Assembly (NCBI GenBank): GCA_038893995.1
Contig: JAWAQK010000008.1
Coordinates: 1-57,097, forward strand
Reading direction: 5' to 3'
Length of the DNA stretch: 57,097 nucleotides
Origin: Candidatus Thorarchaeota archaeon
GTDB lineage: Archaea; Asgardarchaeota; Thorarchaeia; Thorarchaeales; Thorarchaeaceae
This document shows positions 1-10,169 of the stretch, piece after piece. How positions within the stretch are numbered: the stretch's first letter is position 1; every line of letters starts with the position of its first letter. The position numbers and the translations under genes are program-made. The notes below the pieces were generated by a model. That model saw nothing but the letters and a program-made list of their open reading frames with translations, was not told the origin of the DNA and searched no databases.

Positions 1-192
1 CTTCTTGTCTTTGACAAGCCCTCTGATGGTCTGTGCAATCTTTCCCACGTTGATGTTCTTGGCATCAGGAGCTATCTCAACCAGGATGTAGTCCTGTGTC
101 GGAAAGACCCCGACCTCCACATCAAGTGTAATCGCAACTATTGACTCGCCAAGTCTAAGCTGAGGGGGAATACGGTCATGCAAGGACGGCAT
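1..192 (-). CDS. Hypothetical protein, partial (runs off window start)
   Basis: Manual translation from ATG at 192: MPSLHDRIPPQLRLGESIVAITLDVEVGVFPTQDYILVEIAPDAKNINVGKIAQTIRGLVKDKK..., open to position 1; divergent from the ABC binding-protein gene. Confidence 0.6.
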   Translation of the reverse strand, partial: MPSLHDRIPPQLRLGESIVAITLDVEVGVFPTQDYILVEIAPDAKNINVGKIAQTIRGLVKDKK

Positions 193-296
193 GGGTCAGA
201 GTGCGGTTTGTCATACTAATCAATGCTACGATGCCCCCAGGTTCCAACGAGTCACTTATTAGGCACTAGGCCAGAGATGTGGCTGCGTGATGCGAC

Positions 297-1280
297 ATGG
301 AGCTGGGCTCAGAGAAGGCATTGGCACTCGTACTGTGTGCTGTTGTGGGTGTCACTGGATTCGCTGTCTATTCGATAGTTATCATGAATCAACCCGACGT
401 TCGAATTGGATACCTCACTAAGGACCTTCATCAGCTCGCCCTACAAGTAGCTTACGCCAAGGGTTGGTTTGAGGACGAAAACCTCAGTGTGGAGCTGGTC
501 CAGTATGCCAACGGGGCCTACGAGATGGACGGGTTCATGGCCGGCCAGATCGACATGGGATACCTTGGTATCGCACCTGCGATGACCAAACGAGTGAACC
601 AGGGAATAGGTGTGACCATCCTGGCAGCTGCCAACCTCGAGGGGTCTGCCCTGATGGTGCACAAGGGGCTCTACGAGTCGGGAAATATAACAAGTGTCAG
701 TGATCTTGTAGGAAAGACGATACTCCAGCCCGGACCGTCAACTGTCCAGAACTTCCTTCTTAGGCTTGCCCTTGAGCAGCACAACGTCAGCATCCAAGAT
801 GTTCTGCTCGAGACCGCGAGGCCTCAAGACATGGCAATATCGCTATCGGAAGAGCGTCCTGCGTTCATTGCATGGGAACCATTTCCAGCTCTTGCTGAGT
901 ACAATGGCCTTGCAGTTCCGTTGTTGCTGTCACGCGACATATGGCCGTTGCACCCGTGCTGTGTACTGGCGGTATCAGACAGTTTTCTAGCCGCCCATCC
1001 TGACCGAGTCGAGAAGGTCGTCAAGATTCACAAGATGGCAATCGAGTGGATCACCCAGCATCCAGAGGAGGCTCTTACCATAGCCACACAGTGGCTGGAA
1101 TCACCTCAGGCGCCTGTGGAGACCGCGTTCAACAGGATCGTGTACACATATACGCTCAATGTCACTGATGTACGGAGGTATGCTGAGTTCCTGTCATCTC
1201 AAGGCCTGATCGACCTTCGACCCGAGGAGATTGATCCGTTTCTCGACGAGTTCGTCAACCCCGAGTTCATTGAGGCCTGA
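297..1280 (+). CDS. ABC transporter substrate-binding protein, nitrate/sulfonate/bicarbonate (SsuA/NrtA-like) family
   Basis: N-terminal hydrophobic anchor, VRIGYL, FIAWEPF and HPCC motifs; adjacent permease and ATPase. Confidence 0.85.
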   Translation: MELGSEKALALVLCAVVGVTGFAVYSIVIMNQPDVRIGYLTKDLHQLALQVAYAKGWFEDENLSVELVQYANGAYEMDGFMAGQIDMGYLGIAPAMTKRVNQGIGVTILAAANLEGSALMVHKGLYESGNITSVSDLVGKTILQPGPSTVQNFLLRLALEQHNVSIQDVLLETARPQDMAISLSEERPAFIAWEPFPALAEYNGLAVPLLLSRDIWPLHPCCVLAVSDSFLAAHPDRVEKVVKIHKMAIEWITQHPEEALTIATQWLESPQAPVETAFNRIVYTYTLNVTDVRRYAEFLSSQGLIDLRPEEIDPFLDEFVNPEFIEA

Positions 1281-1308
1281 TAATCAGGTCAGGAGGCCAC
1301 TCAGGCAC

Positions 1309-2130
1309 ATGAACGACCAGCCGGCCACTGTGTCGTCGTCGAGGACCAGAGTGGTCGATCGATCTGAGTATGCCAAACGAGTGATCATCAGATGGGTCCT
1401 GCCTGCGACCGCGTTATTGGGCCTGTGGCAGTTCGTGGCGTACATGGCTGGGGGAATCTCCCTCACCGACGTGGCGATAGCATTCATGAAACTGGTCCAG
1501 TACGGGGCGGAGGGTAGGACTCTGATTGAGCATTCGCTGGTGAGCCTCTCACGGGTGGTAGTGGGCTTTGGGGTGGCGGCCGCCACTGCCATGCCGCTCG
1601 GCATACTCGTGGGACGATACAAGGCGGTGGATGCTGTCGTCGGCCCGGTAGTGGAGGCGACACGACCAATCCCACCCATTGCCTGGATCCCCCTGTCAAT
1701 AATGATGTTCAGGACGAATCTTGCCGCTGCTCAGATCTTCATAATCTGGATTGGGGCATTCTTTCCGATCCTCATAAACACAGTCACCGGGGTCAAGCGT
1801 ACCAGTCCTGTGCATCTGGACGTTGCTCGCACATTCAATGCCACCGAGCTGCAGATACTACAGAAGATCGTGGTGCCATCAGCGGCTCCCGAAATGCTCG
1901 CAGGACTCAGGATAGGATTCGGAATAGGATGGATGTGTCTCATTGCGGCCGAGATGATAGGGGGTGGCCTTGGGCTTGGGTACCTGACAATCATCATGGA
2001 ACAGCTGGGCAGGACTGGCGAAACAATATCCACACTCCTGACGATTGGTTTCTTTGGTTTCGTCTTCACCTATGCCTTCTTGAGAATGGAGCGTCGACTG
2101 CTCCGTTGGCGAAGGGAGGTTGCGGTCTAG
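1309..2130 (+). CDS. ABC transporter permease (SsuC/TauC-like)
   Basis: SLSRVVVGF, RPIPPIAWIPL, EAA-like loop and LIAAEM..GLGY motifs; start moved to ATG 1309 to avoid overlap with upstream gene. Confidence 0.88.
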   Translation: MNDQPATVSSSRTRVVDRSEYAKRVIIRWVLPATALLGLWQFVAYMAGGISLTDVAIAFMKLVQYGAEGRTLIEHSLVSLSRVVVGFGVAAATAMPLGILVGRYKAVDAVVGPVVEATRPIPPIAWIPLSIMMFRTNLAAAQIFIIWIGAFFPILINTVTGVKRTSPVHLDVARTFNATELQILQKIVVPSAAPEMLAGLRIGFGIGWMCLIAAEMIGGGLGLGYLTIIMEQLGRTGETISTLLTIGFFGFVFTYAFLRMERRLLRWRREVAV

Positions 2131-2903
2131 ACCGCCCTGCGATACAGGCTCTTCTCCTGTTCGACCCTGAGCATCTCCAGTATCTTGGCCCTGTAGCTGA
2201 CACACCCGGTACTTGCGCGGTCGCGAGGCCTGGGCAGATCTATCACGAACTCCTCAATAATCTGGGATGGCGCGTTACTCATTAGCAAGACCCTGTCAGA
2301 CATGAATACCGCCTCGTCAACATTGTGAGTGACAAAGACGACAGTCGATCCAGTCTCCTGCCAGACCCTCAAGAACTCCTCCTGAAGGTAGTTTCTGGTC
2401 TGGGCATCTAGGTTCGAAAATGCCTCATCACAGACAAGAATGGCTGGGGACGTGACGAGACTCCGAGCAAGCTCCGTCTTTCTTGCCTGGCCTCCCGATA
2501 TCTCATGCGGAAAGTTGTTCTCCAGGCCCTCCATTCTCATAAGAGTCAGCATCTGGTCAACTAGACCGGTCCTGGTCTCTTCAGGTACGCCTCTGATCTC
2601 AAGACCAAACTCTATGTTCTTTCTGACAGTCCGCCAAGGGAACAGACTCTGCTCCTGGAATACGTAGCCTACGCGTCCATGCCCAATGCGAGTTATCTCA
2701 CCATCGATGATCACATCTCCACTGTCCCGTTCGAGCAGTCCCGCAACTATCTTGAGAAGAGTGGTCTTTCCACAACCTGAGGGCCCAACGATGCCTAGCA
2801 GTTCCCCCTCTCTGACGTCGAACGATATCCCCCCCAGGACCTCTACAGGCCCATTGTCCCCAGGATATGACTTCCTGATGTCACGAACTGAAAGTTTTGC
2901 CAA
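2127..2903 (-). CDS. ABC transporter ATP-binding protein (SsuB/TauB-like)
   Basis: Walker A GPSGCGKTT, signature ISGGQ, Walker B LVCDEAF, H-loop VTHN. Confidence 0.9.
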   Translation of the reverse strand: MAKLSVRDIRKSYPGDNGPVEVLGGISFDVREGELLGIVGPSGCGKTTLLKIVAGLLERDSGDVIIDGEITRIGHGRVGYVFQEQSLFPWRTVRKNIEFGLEIRGVPEETRTGLVDQMLTLMRMEGLENNFPHEISGGQARKTELARSLVTSPAILVCDEAFSNLDAQTRNYLQEEFLRVWQETGSTVVFVTHNVDEAVFMSDRVLLMSNAPSQIIEEFVIDLPRPRDRASTGCVSYRAKILEMLRVEQEKSLYRRAV

Positions 2904-3202
2904 CTCTTTCCTCGGAGATCTCAGGTGACGCGTTGCTTTTTACTCTGCTGTTGGTACTACCAGATAATCCCTCCCCCAAGTTGGAAAGGGGCATGATGCC
3001 ACGGGGTGACTCACGGCGACCATGGCGCTGGAGATCTTGTGGACATCGTGGCTCCGATGCTCTGTTGACCGATACCTGCCATATACCTATACCTAGGCAA
3101 AGGTAAAAAGGCCTACCACACGAGATTCTGATGCGCAGTTTGTGTCAATCAATAGGCCGATGGCGCATACTTGACCCAGCACTCCTGCCAACGTAGACAC
3201 GG

Positions 3203-5533
3203 GTGGTCCAATTGCAGAGTCCGAAACTGCTCTTTGAGATTGAAGATGATATCAATACGAGTGCCATTGCTACTGGTGATGTCACTGGTTCCGGCCTTCC
3301 GGAGCTTTGCACCGGTGGAAGAGACGGTATAATAAAGCTCTACGCAGCAGACTCGAATACCGTAAGACTGCTTGCCCAGCTTGATGTCCCCGGTAGCGTG
3401 CTGACAATCAGGATCGCCGACGTCAATGGTGATGGCAGGAACGAGATCGTAGTTGGGCGCAGTCTTGGAGTTGGAGAATCTCCGGGTGTCTCTGGGACTC
3501 TTCAGATCTACAGGTTTGTGAACAGCGGGCATCTCGAACTTCTCGCCGAGCACCCCATCGACAGATTTGTGACCAGTGTATACGTTGTTGATGTCACCGG
3601 TGACGGTAGGGACGAGATCGTAGCCGGAGGCAGTGACTCTACTCTCAGAGTACTGAGTGTCAGTAGTGACAACATGATAACCGAACTTGTGAACTATCAG
3701 TTGGACGACATGCCCCTCTCCATAGGCATCTGTGATGCCGACGGGGACGAGGTCGACGAACTCGTGGTAGGTAATCGAGACAAGACTGTGAGGGTATTCA
3801 AGATACATGACCGCGCCATCGAGCAGATCGAGATGCTAAAGCTCCCATCTCCAGTCATTTCGATTGCATCCGGTGACATCTTGGGCGATCGTAAGATGGA
3901 ACTGGGTGTGGTGACGCATGATGGGTCAATCAGGGTCTACAGGAATGAAGAGAATCATCTGGAACTATTCTCGACCCTTGAGGGCGTCAAGGCTCTCTCA
4001 ATCCGCATATCTGAACTGAATGCCGACCACATGGACGAGATTGTCGTGGCAACTTCCGACTACAAGATCGTCTACTACAACCTCTACATGGGTGAGCTGA
4101 GAGAGATTGCGAGGGTCGAGGTTGGCAGCAAGATACTCTCAATCGCCATTGGTGACGTGGGTGGTGACGACCTCAAGGAGATACTGGTCGGTGTCTCCGG
4201 AGGCCCACTCAAGGTCATTCAGGGACTATACCAGGTCGTGCCCCGATTTGATGTAGAGCCTCTGACGGAGACAGGCACAACGCTCACTGGTCGCCTCACG
4301 GTCATCAATGTCTCTGACAGGCCCATAAACGGGATAACCGGAAAGATATACTGGTTCCCCAAAGACCACCTGGAGATCGACAAGCAGCAGATACGTCTTG
4401 ACCTCGCACCGGGCGAACGGAAGACGGTCGAGATCGTCTTAACGCCCCTCGTTGAGGGCACAGTGATAGTCCGTCCCATCGTCCTGATGTGGACCGACGA
4501 GAGGGGACAGGTCAACCAGGTCACGACGCCGGAGACCGCCATATCTGTCCAGATGGGCAAGGCGTATGCCGCACCTGTTGCAGAGGCTCCGGCCATCACC
4601 AAGACTGACTTCACTCCCTCGACTCCCGTCAGTACGGAGACTGTGACCCAGCAGCCCGTGGCGGCTGTCGAAGGTACCGGATTCAGCCCCCTTACAGCGG
4701 GCGAGATCTCGAAGATTGAGCAGGAGTTCTCTGGGGTCAGCGAGGAGTCACTCAAGGCCGCAGAAGGCCTATTTGACAGACTCTTTGGCAATGACAGTGC
4801 CGAAGTACCCGACCCGGGCGCACTGGCGGACATTAGGCGTCTTGTGACTGAATCGCCTGTTGTGAGTGAGGCAGGACCAGCCCCTGCGGCTGAAGTTCCG
4901 GAGACCGCCGTGGAGAGCGCTCTTGTCACCGAGATAAGGTCGAGAACGCCGAAGCCGCCTATGCCTGGTACTTCGCCGGAGAGCTATAGCTATCTCTTCA
5001 AGACTATGATAGTCGGTGAGGGTGCGGTTGGGAAGACGGCCCTCGTGAATCGTTACGTGAGTGGAACATTTGAACGAGACTACAAGACCACAATCGGCTC
5101 TCAATTTGCGGTGAAGCTGACACATATCTTTCCACCAGACTCGCCCTACGCAGTCGGAGTGAAGATACAGGCATGGGATGTTGCAGGTCAGAGCAGATTT
5201 GCGGCCGTCCGTGGGATGTACTACAAGGGCGCAGCAGGCGTGATCCTCGTCTTCGATGTGACTAGGAGGAGGTCCTTCACAGAGCTATCACGCTGGGTCC
5301 AGGAGGCTGATGAACACATTGGGTTCCGCGTACCAATGGTCTGTGTAGGAAACAAGGTGGACCTGCCAGACCGTGCGGTCAGCTCCGAGGAGGCAAAGGC
5401 CTGGGCCGAGAGCAACGGATTTCTCTACATGGAGAGTTCAGCAAAGACTGGTAGGGGCGTCGCGGACATGTTCACCGTGTTGGCTGAGTTGATGTATCGC
5501 GAGGCCAAGAAGAGCGCCAGTGCAAAGAGATAG
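3203..5533 (+). CDS. FG-GAP/VCBS-repeat beta-propeller + Ig-like domain + low-complexity linker + C-terminal Rab-like small GTPase fusion
   Basis: Seven DxxGDGxxE(I/L)VVG-type repeats; GTPase motifs GEGAVGKT, YKTTIG, WDVAGQ, NKVD, SAK. Confidence 0.88.
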   Translation: MVQLQSPKLLFEIEDDINTSAIATGDVTGSGLPELCTGGRDGIIKLYAADSNTVRLLAQLDVPGSVLTIRIADVNGDGRNEIVVGRSLGVGESPGVSGTLQIYRFVNSGHLELLAEHPIDRFVTSVYVVDVTGDGRDEIVAGGSDSTLRVLSVSSDNMITELVNYQLDDMPLSIGICDADGDEVDELVVGNRDKTVRVFKIHDRAIEQIEMLKLPSPVISIASGDILGDRKMELGVVTHDGSIRVYRNEENHLELFSTLEGVKALSIRISELNADHMDEIVVATSDYKIVYYNLYMGELREIARVEVGSKILSIAIGDVGGDDLKEILVGVSGGPLKVIQGLYQVVPRFDVEPLTETGTTLTGRLTVINVSDRPINGITGKIYWFPKDHLEIDKQQIRLDLAPGERKTVEIVLTPLVEGTVIVRPIVLMWTDERGQVNQVTTPETAISVQMGKAYAAPVAEAPAITKTDFTPSTPVSTETVTQQPVAAVEGTGFSPLTAGEISKIEQEFSGVSEESLKAAEGLFDRLFGNDSAEVPDPGALADIRRLVTESPVVSEAGPAPAAEVPETAVESALVTEIRSRTPKPPMPGTSPESYSYLFKTMIVGEGAVGKTALVNRYVSGTFERDYKTTIGSQFAVKLTHIFPPDSPYAVGVKIQAWDVAGQSRFAAVRGMYYKGAAGVILVFDVTRRRSFTELSRWVQEADEHIGFRVPMVCVGNKVDLPDRAVSSEEAKAWAESNGFLYMESSAKTGRGVADMFTVLAELMYREAKKSASAKR

Positions 5534-5534
5534 A

Positions 5535-6143
5535 CTATACTCTCACCAGGTTCCTTCCCATCTCGACCCCTCTCTCAAATGATGCCAAGTTCCCGCCCAC
5601 AGAGGTGTCAAGGTCCTGTACAAATCTCCTCACGGTCTGTACTGGAATGGGTAGAACACCCGAGCCTGCAACCACGCCAAGCACAAACACGTTCAGCATG
5701 AGTGTTCCCGCATCTCGGATCAGACCCTCAACATTCACCTCGTACACTGTTCCGCAGATCCGGGATATCAATCGAAAGACCTCCCGCGTGTCAGGGTACT
5801 TGGCCCGACCGGAAGCAGTGTCAGTCGTATGTATTGGCAGATTGCTGATGAAGGCTGTAGTCCTCCTAGAACCATACTCAACGGCGGCCCGGAGCGACTC
5901 CATCGGTTCCAGTCCAAGAAGCAGGTCTACACGACCACGGGGGATGAGTGGGGATGCTCCGTTGACACCATCTCTGCAGAGTCTCAAGTGAGTGAAGACT
6001 GTACCTCCTCTGCGAGAGGCGCCAAAGGTCTCACTCAATATCGGCGACAATGAGACATCCATTGCTGCACGGGCCAAGACTCGTGTGGCCACTAGGCTCC
6101 CCTGGCCACCAACACCAGCAATCAGGATGCTGAACGGTTCCAT
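5535..6143 (-). CDS. iorB: Indolepyruvate:ferredoxin oxidoreductase beta subunit
   Basis: ILIAGVGGQG, ETFGASRRGG, LGLEPME; directly downstream of iorA. Confidence 0.85.
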   Translation of the reverse strand: MEPFSILIAGVGGQGSLVATRVLARAAMDVSLSPILSETFGASRRGGTVFTHLRLCRDGVNGASPLIPRGRVDLLLGLEPMESLRAAVEYGSRRTTAFISNLPIHTTDTASGRAKYPDTREVFRLISRICGTVYEVNVEGLIRDAGTLMLNVFVLGVVAGSGVLPIPVQTVRRFVQDLDTSVGGNLASFERGVEMGRNLVRV

Positions 6144-6150
6144 ATCATGG

Positions 6151-8016
6151 CTACCTCCGTCCTATTGCCTGGTTCGGACAGACACCTACGCATGACCCAC
6201 ATCTGACACAGATGTCTTGAAGTACCTTCGGACGTCTAGATCCAGAGTCCCACGAGATCGCGACGCATGCGTAGCTGCTCACGCATATCTTGCACCTCTC
6301 CCCCTTGCACCGGTCAGGATCTATGACGATGGCCCCTGCTTGTCCATGGTTGCGCTCAATCCTCTCCTCGTAGAGCCTGCACTTGCTCTCCAGAATGATG
6401 ACCCGAAGTCCACGCAGCTCCAGCGCGCCAGTAAGCGCCGATTCTATCTCAGTGATATTCTCTGCATCGGCCAGGGACAGCCAATCTGCCCCTACTGCAT
6501 CGACAACTCTCTCTATGCTCACAGGTCGGTGCCCATCGACTTCTGACCCTACCCCGGGGTGTCCTTGAAATCCTGTCATGGCAGTGGTCTGGTTATCCAG
6601 GATCAAGAACAAGACATCTGCATCCTTGTGTCTCAGGTTTACGAGAGCCGGAATACATGAGTGGAAGAACGTGGAGTCGCCGGCGAGTGCAATGACCTTC
6701 GATCTGAGACCGAACCTCCACAGCTGACCCACACCGTTGGCGGTCCCAATGCCTGAACCCATGGCCTGCATGGTCTCCATTGCTCCGCCGTAGAAGGCCC
6801 CAAGCGAATAACACCCGATGTCTCCGAGTACGATCAGTCCCTCTCTGCGTCTCTTCCTCATCCTGTTGAGTACCCAGAACACATTCCTGTGAGTGCATCC
6901 TGCGCAGAAGGTGAGAGGCCTGGGTACAAGTATCGACTCCGACTGGCGACGGGCCTCTGGGTCTGGAAGACCTCCCCACTCCCGACCTGACAGTCTGGCT
7001 ATGGCTGATGCAACAGTGTCAGGGTCCAGCTCGCCCCATGACGGTATCTCATCTGTCCTCTTCCCGTGAATCTGTATGTCAATGCCCTCCAGGTCTGCAA
7101 CCGTCCTGAGTTCCTCTTCCACGAAGGAGTCGGTCTCCTCCACGACAAGTACTCTCTTTGTCCTTCTCATCGCACCAGCAACAGTCCTACGAGGAATGGG
7201 ATATGACGTCACTAGTCCGAGATGACCAACTTGTCCTGCCTGAAGCATTGAGATCGCTTCAGATGCGTACCTCTGACAGACACCTGTGGATACTACTAGA
7301 ACATCCATGTCTTGATAATACTCTTCCCTATTCAGGCCAGATTCATCAGACTCCACAGAGATTCTCTCGAGCTTCTTGATGAGGTCACGATGCCTCAGAT
7401 GTGGGTCTGGGATGTTGAAGAGCCCCTTGGGCAATCTGTTGAGGACTGTCACATCACCAGCAGGTAGATCCCCCAGTGACACAGACGACCTCGAGTGACT
7501 GAGTCGAGTTGTTGAACGAAGAATCACTGGCACTTCGTGCCTTTTCGATAGCTCAAGCGCGTACGGGATGATGTCCTTGGCCTGCTGAGGTGATGACGGC
7601 TCCAGCAGAGGTAGACAGGCGGCCCGGGCGTAGAATCGAGAGTCCTGCTCGTTGCTGGAGCTGTGTCCCCTCGGGTCGTCACAGACCACGATCAACAGTC
7701 CTCCGCTACCAGAACCTGATAGATTGAGGTTGAGGAGAAAGTCTGCTGCGACATTCAGCCCGAGAGACTTCATCGAACACAGTGCAGGTACCCCCAACCA
7801 ACTTGCCCCTGCAGCGGCCTCTAATGCCACCTTCTCATTCACACTCCACTCACAGTACACCCGCCCTGGTGACGATTCTCTCATCACAGTCGCGACTATC
7901 TCGGTCGCAGGAGTTCCTGGATAGGATGTATAGAAACGGACTCCCGCCTCGAGCGCCCCTCTCGCAATTGCCTCATTCCCGCTCATGAATTGCACTGCCT
8001 TAGCACTCGTACTCAT
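6151..8016 (-). CDS. iorA: Indolepyruvate:ferredoxin oxidoreductase alpha subunit
   Basis: MSGNEAIARGALEAG, YPGTP, NEKVALE, FCAGCTHR, GDIGC, TPP motif GDSTFFH, C-terminal ferredoxin Cys clusters; start chosen at ATG 8016. Confidence 0.92.
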   Translation of the reverse strand: MSTSAKAVQFMSGNEAIARGALEAGVRFYTSYPGTPATEIVATVMRESSPGRVYCEWSVNEKVALEAAAGASWLGVPALCSMKSLGLNVAADFLLNLNLSGSGSGGLLIVVCDDPRGHSSSNEQDSRFYARAACLPLLEPSSPQQAKDIIPYALELSKRHEVPVILRSTTRLSHSRSSVSLGDLPAGDVTVLNRLPKGLFNIPDPHLRHRDLIKKLERISVESDESGLNREEYYQDMDVLVVSTGVCQRYASEAISMLQAGQVGHLGLVTSYPIPRRTVAGAMRRTKRVLVVEETDSFVEEELRTVADLEGIDIQIHGKRTDEIPSWGELDPDTVASAIARLSGREWGGLPDPEARRQSESILVPRPLTFCAGCTHRNVFWVLNRMRKRRREGLIVLGDIGCYSLGAFYGGAMETMQAMGSGIGTANGVGQLWRFGLRSKVIALAGDSTFFHSCIPALVNLRHKDADVLFLILDNQTTAMTGFQGHPGVGSEVDGHRPVSIERVVDAVGADWLSLADAENITEIESALTGALELRGLRVIILESKCRLYEERIERNHGQAGAIVIDPDRCKGERCKICVSSYACVAISWDSGSRRPKVLQDICVRCGSCVGVCPNQAIGRR

Positions 8017-8121
8017 CTCACACCGCACTGTTGAGTCTGGCTCAACGCCTGAGAAAACAGTTTCGGAGTTGGCCATAGTGGAAACAGTCAAAAACAGATT
8101 GGCAGTGGGAGTGAAGTCAAC

Positions 8122-9222
8122 ATGAGCAACGAGTCGGGGGTATCGGCCCACATCCAAAGCATTCGATCAGTGTCCCACGACAAGGACCCTGATGGAGTGT
8201 GCTCTGCGGCAATCGTCTGTCGTTACGCCAAGAGAAAAGGTTTGAGCTACTCGGTCACCCTGTGCGACTATGGCGACTTGGCAGAGACCTTCGCCGCGTT
8301 AGCAACCCTGAGGAACACACTACTTGTGGTCACAGATCTCGGTGTCGATGCCAGGTCTTTGCCTGCAGTACTGGAGGCCCTCAGACGGGCATCCAGTCAG
8401 GGTTGCATGGTCGCTTGGTTTGACCATCACCAGTGGCCAGAGAAGTCCATTCGAGGTCTACTGGGCCTTGAGAAGAAGCCTCTGCTCAAGTTGCGCCAGG
8501 ACATGTGCGCGGCAGAGATCACGCACAGAGTTCTAATGCCAGACGACGAAATCTCCAGAGAACTTGCATCAGTCGCTCGCGATTCTGACTTCAATATTCG
8601 CGAATTCGCCTCATCGTCCGCCCTCGCCGATGTGATCTCACTGCTCCGATTCGCTGCACTGGAGTCGAAACAGGACACGACTACAGTCCTGACGCCTCTC
8701 TTGCAGGTCCTATCGGATGGGGGTGTGGCCGCCGTGTGGGACCAGACACGGATGAGGCTGAGAGATGACCTACTCGAGAAGAGAGTCCAGAACTATCGTC
8801 GGGAACGCAACAAGAAGATGAGGAAGGCCCTCCTCGGTCATCAGGATCTCGAGATACACGGTCGTCTAGTACGAGTCGTAGAGCTTCCCGTCGGTGTCAC
8901 CACGACAGACATGGGCGTCTTTGCCTCTGATCCCGCCAATCTAGACCTGGACGGGCACAGACTCAGCCCGGCAGACCTTCTTGTCACGATCAGTCCCGGG
9001 GGAACACTTGGTTTCAGACGTGCCAAGGACAACGTCTTATGCAATGAGGCGGCACGACTATTCAACGGAGGCGGCCATCCCTACGCCGCAGGCGGCGAGT
9101 ACGGAATGTACAGTGACTTTGTTGCTGCGAGCACCGATATCTTCTCTGTCCTGTCACAGAGCAAGAGCTGGGTCGTCGAGAGCCCACCTCATGCAGAAAC
9201 GGACGGAACTGACCCACAGTAG
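8122..9222 (+). CDS. DHH/DHHA1 family phosphoesterase
   Basis: HxKDPDG, TD, FDHH and GGGHPYAAG motifs. Confidence 0.85.
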   Translation: MSNESGVSAHIQSIRSVSHDKDPDGVCSAAIVCRYAKRKGLSYSVTLCDYGDLAETFAALATLRNTLLVVTDLGVDARSLPAVLEALRRASSQGCMVAWFDHHQWPEKSIRGLLGLEKKPLLKLRQDMCAAEITHRVLMPDDEISRELASVARDSDFNIREFASSSALADVISLLRFAALESKQDTTTVLTPLLQVLSDGGVAAVWDQTRMRLRDDLLEKRVQNYRRERNKKMRKALLGHQDLEIHGRLVRVVELPVGVTTTDMGVFASDPANLDLDGHRLSPADLLVTISPGGTLGFRRAKDNVLCNEAARLFNGGGHPYAAGGEYGMYSDFVAASTDIFSVLSQSKSWVVESPPHAETDGTDPQ

Positions 9223-10169
9223 CCATTCCCTGACGGACACTCGAAACCTCCACGTCTGGCGGCGCAGACGGACGTGCTCCACTTCTGCTCGAACGTACGG
9301 ACCATGCTACCGAGGACCACTCGTCCATCCGGATGGCTCATTGCAATGGTGCGGCGTACAGGAGAGACCCTGGCTGGCAACATCAGTGCGTATTCAGTAT
9401 CAACAGCAAACATCTGGTGACTAGTCTCTGGTATCTGACAGTGCCTGATACATACTGGGCATGGCAACCCGAGGCGTCTGGTATTGTCCACAACCCTGCT
9501 GATCAGACTTGAGAGCTTCCTGCCAGCGAAGTCATGATCTGGATGAGACACGATGGTCCTTACCCGGGCACCATGCATCGCTGCTGTGACAACAACGTGC
9601 TCGTACATTCTGCGTACCGAGACATTGCCAATCAGGTCTGAGAGCAGCAGCATCACTCTCACAGTGGAACCGTGGGTGATTCTCTCGGTCAGGCGCTCGA
9701 AGTGTGATGAGGTCACATCATTGTCTCTGGCTATGGCTTGCTCTTCATTACCGCCGCCCATCAGATAGTTGATAGTTCTCAGAGTCAGGTCGTCGATATC
9801 AACGGAATTCAGCATCTCCAATCTCTCTGTCAGCGATTTCTGCCGGGCGGTGAGTCTCGCGATGAGTCTGTCTACCATGTTCTCAACTGAAGATGCCACC
9901 ATCTCTCTGGTTGTAAAACAACAGATTGGCCTACTGAACCTGTTGATCAGCAGGAATCCCTGTTTCTCGAGTCTACGGATACACTTGTACACCCAATTTC
10001 CAGTGACCGGTCTTTCTCTGTTGCGATTCAGTGCTCTCGTAAGCTCATCGAGCGTGACTGACTTGTCCTGAACCGATGCCCTGATGACGACATCAATCAA
10101 CGCCATCTCCGAGTCACTGAGTTCTGTTGCAACAACGCTCAGTAAGCTACGGATGTCTTCTATCGTCAT
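9189..10169 (-). CDS. TrmB-like protein (wHTH + coiled coil + PLD-like effector domain), paralog 3
   Basis: wHTH (WVYKCIRRLEKQGFL), heptad segment, C-terminal FAVD...FEQKW pattern; start estimated at MTIEDIRS. Confidence 0.65.
   Translation of the reverse strand: MTIEDIRSLLSVVATELSDSEMALIDVVIRASVQDKSVTLDELTRALNRNRERPVTGNWVYKCIRRLEKQGFLLINRFSRPICCFTTREMVASSVENMVDRLIARLTARQKSLTERLEMLNSVDIDDLTLRTINYLMGGGNEEQAIARDNDVTSSHFERLTERITHGSTVRVMLLLSDLIGNVSVRRMYEHVVVTAAMHGARVRTIVSHPDHDFAGRKLSSLISRVVDNTRRLGLPCPVCIRHCQIPETSHQMFAVDTEYALMLPARVSPVRRTIAMSHPDGRVVLGSMVRTFEQKWSTSVCAARRGGFECPSGNGYCGSVPSVSA

Noticed and set aside
3149-4929. Long antisense ORFs (3149-3808, 4219-4929) and similar shadows such as 27903-28607, 23995-24651, 36702-37349 and 55964-56662
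   Set aside because: They lie opposite well-supported genes, have no motifs, and show the composition expected of antisense frames
8017-8157. N-terminal extensions in the ORF track (iorA, E1 alpha to 27372, Isf from 30844, cobO from 31512, PLD to 37652)
   Set aside because: They overlap neighbours or promoter space and precede the family-typical N-termini; downstream starts were chosen
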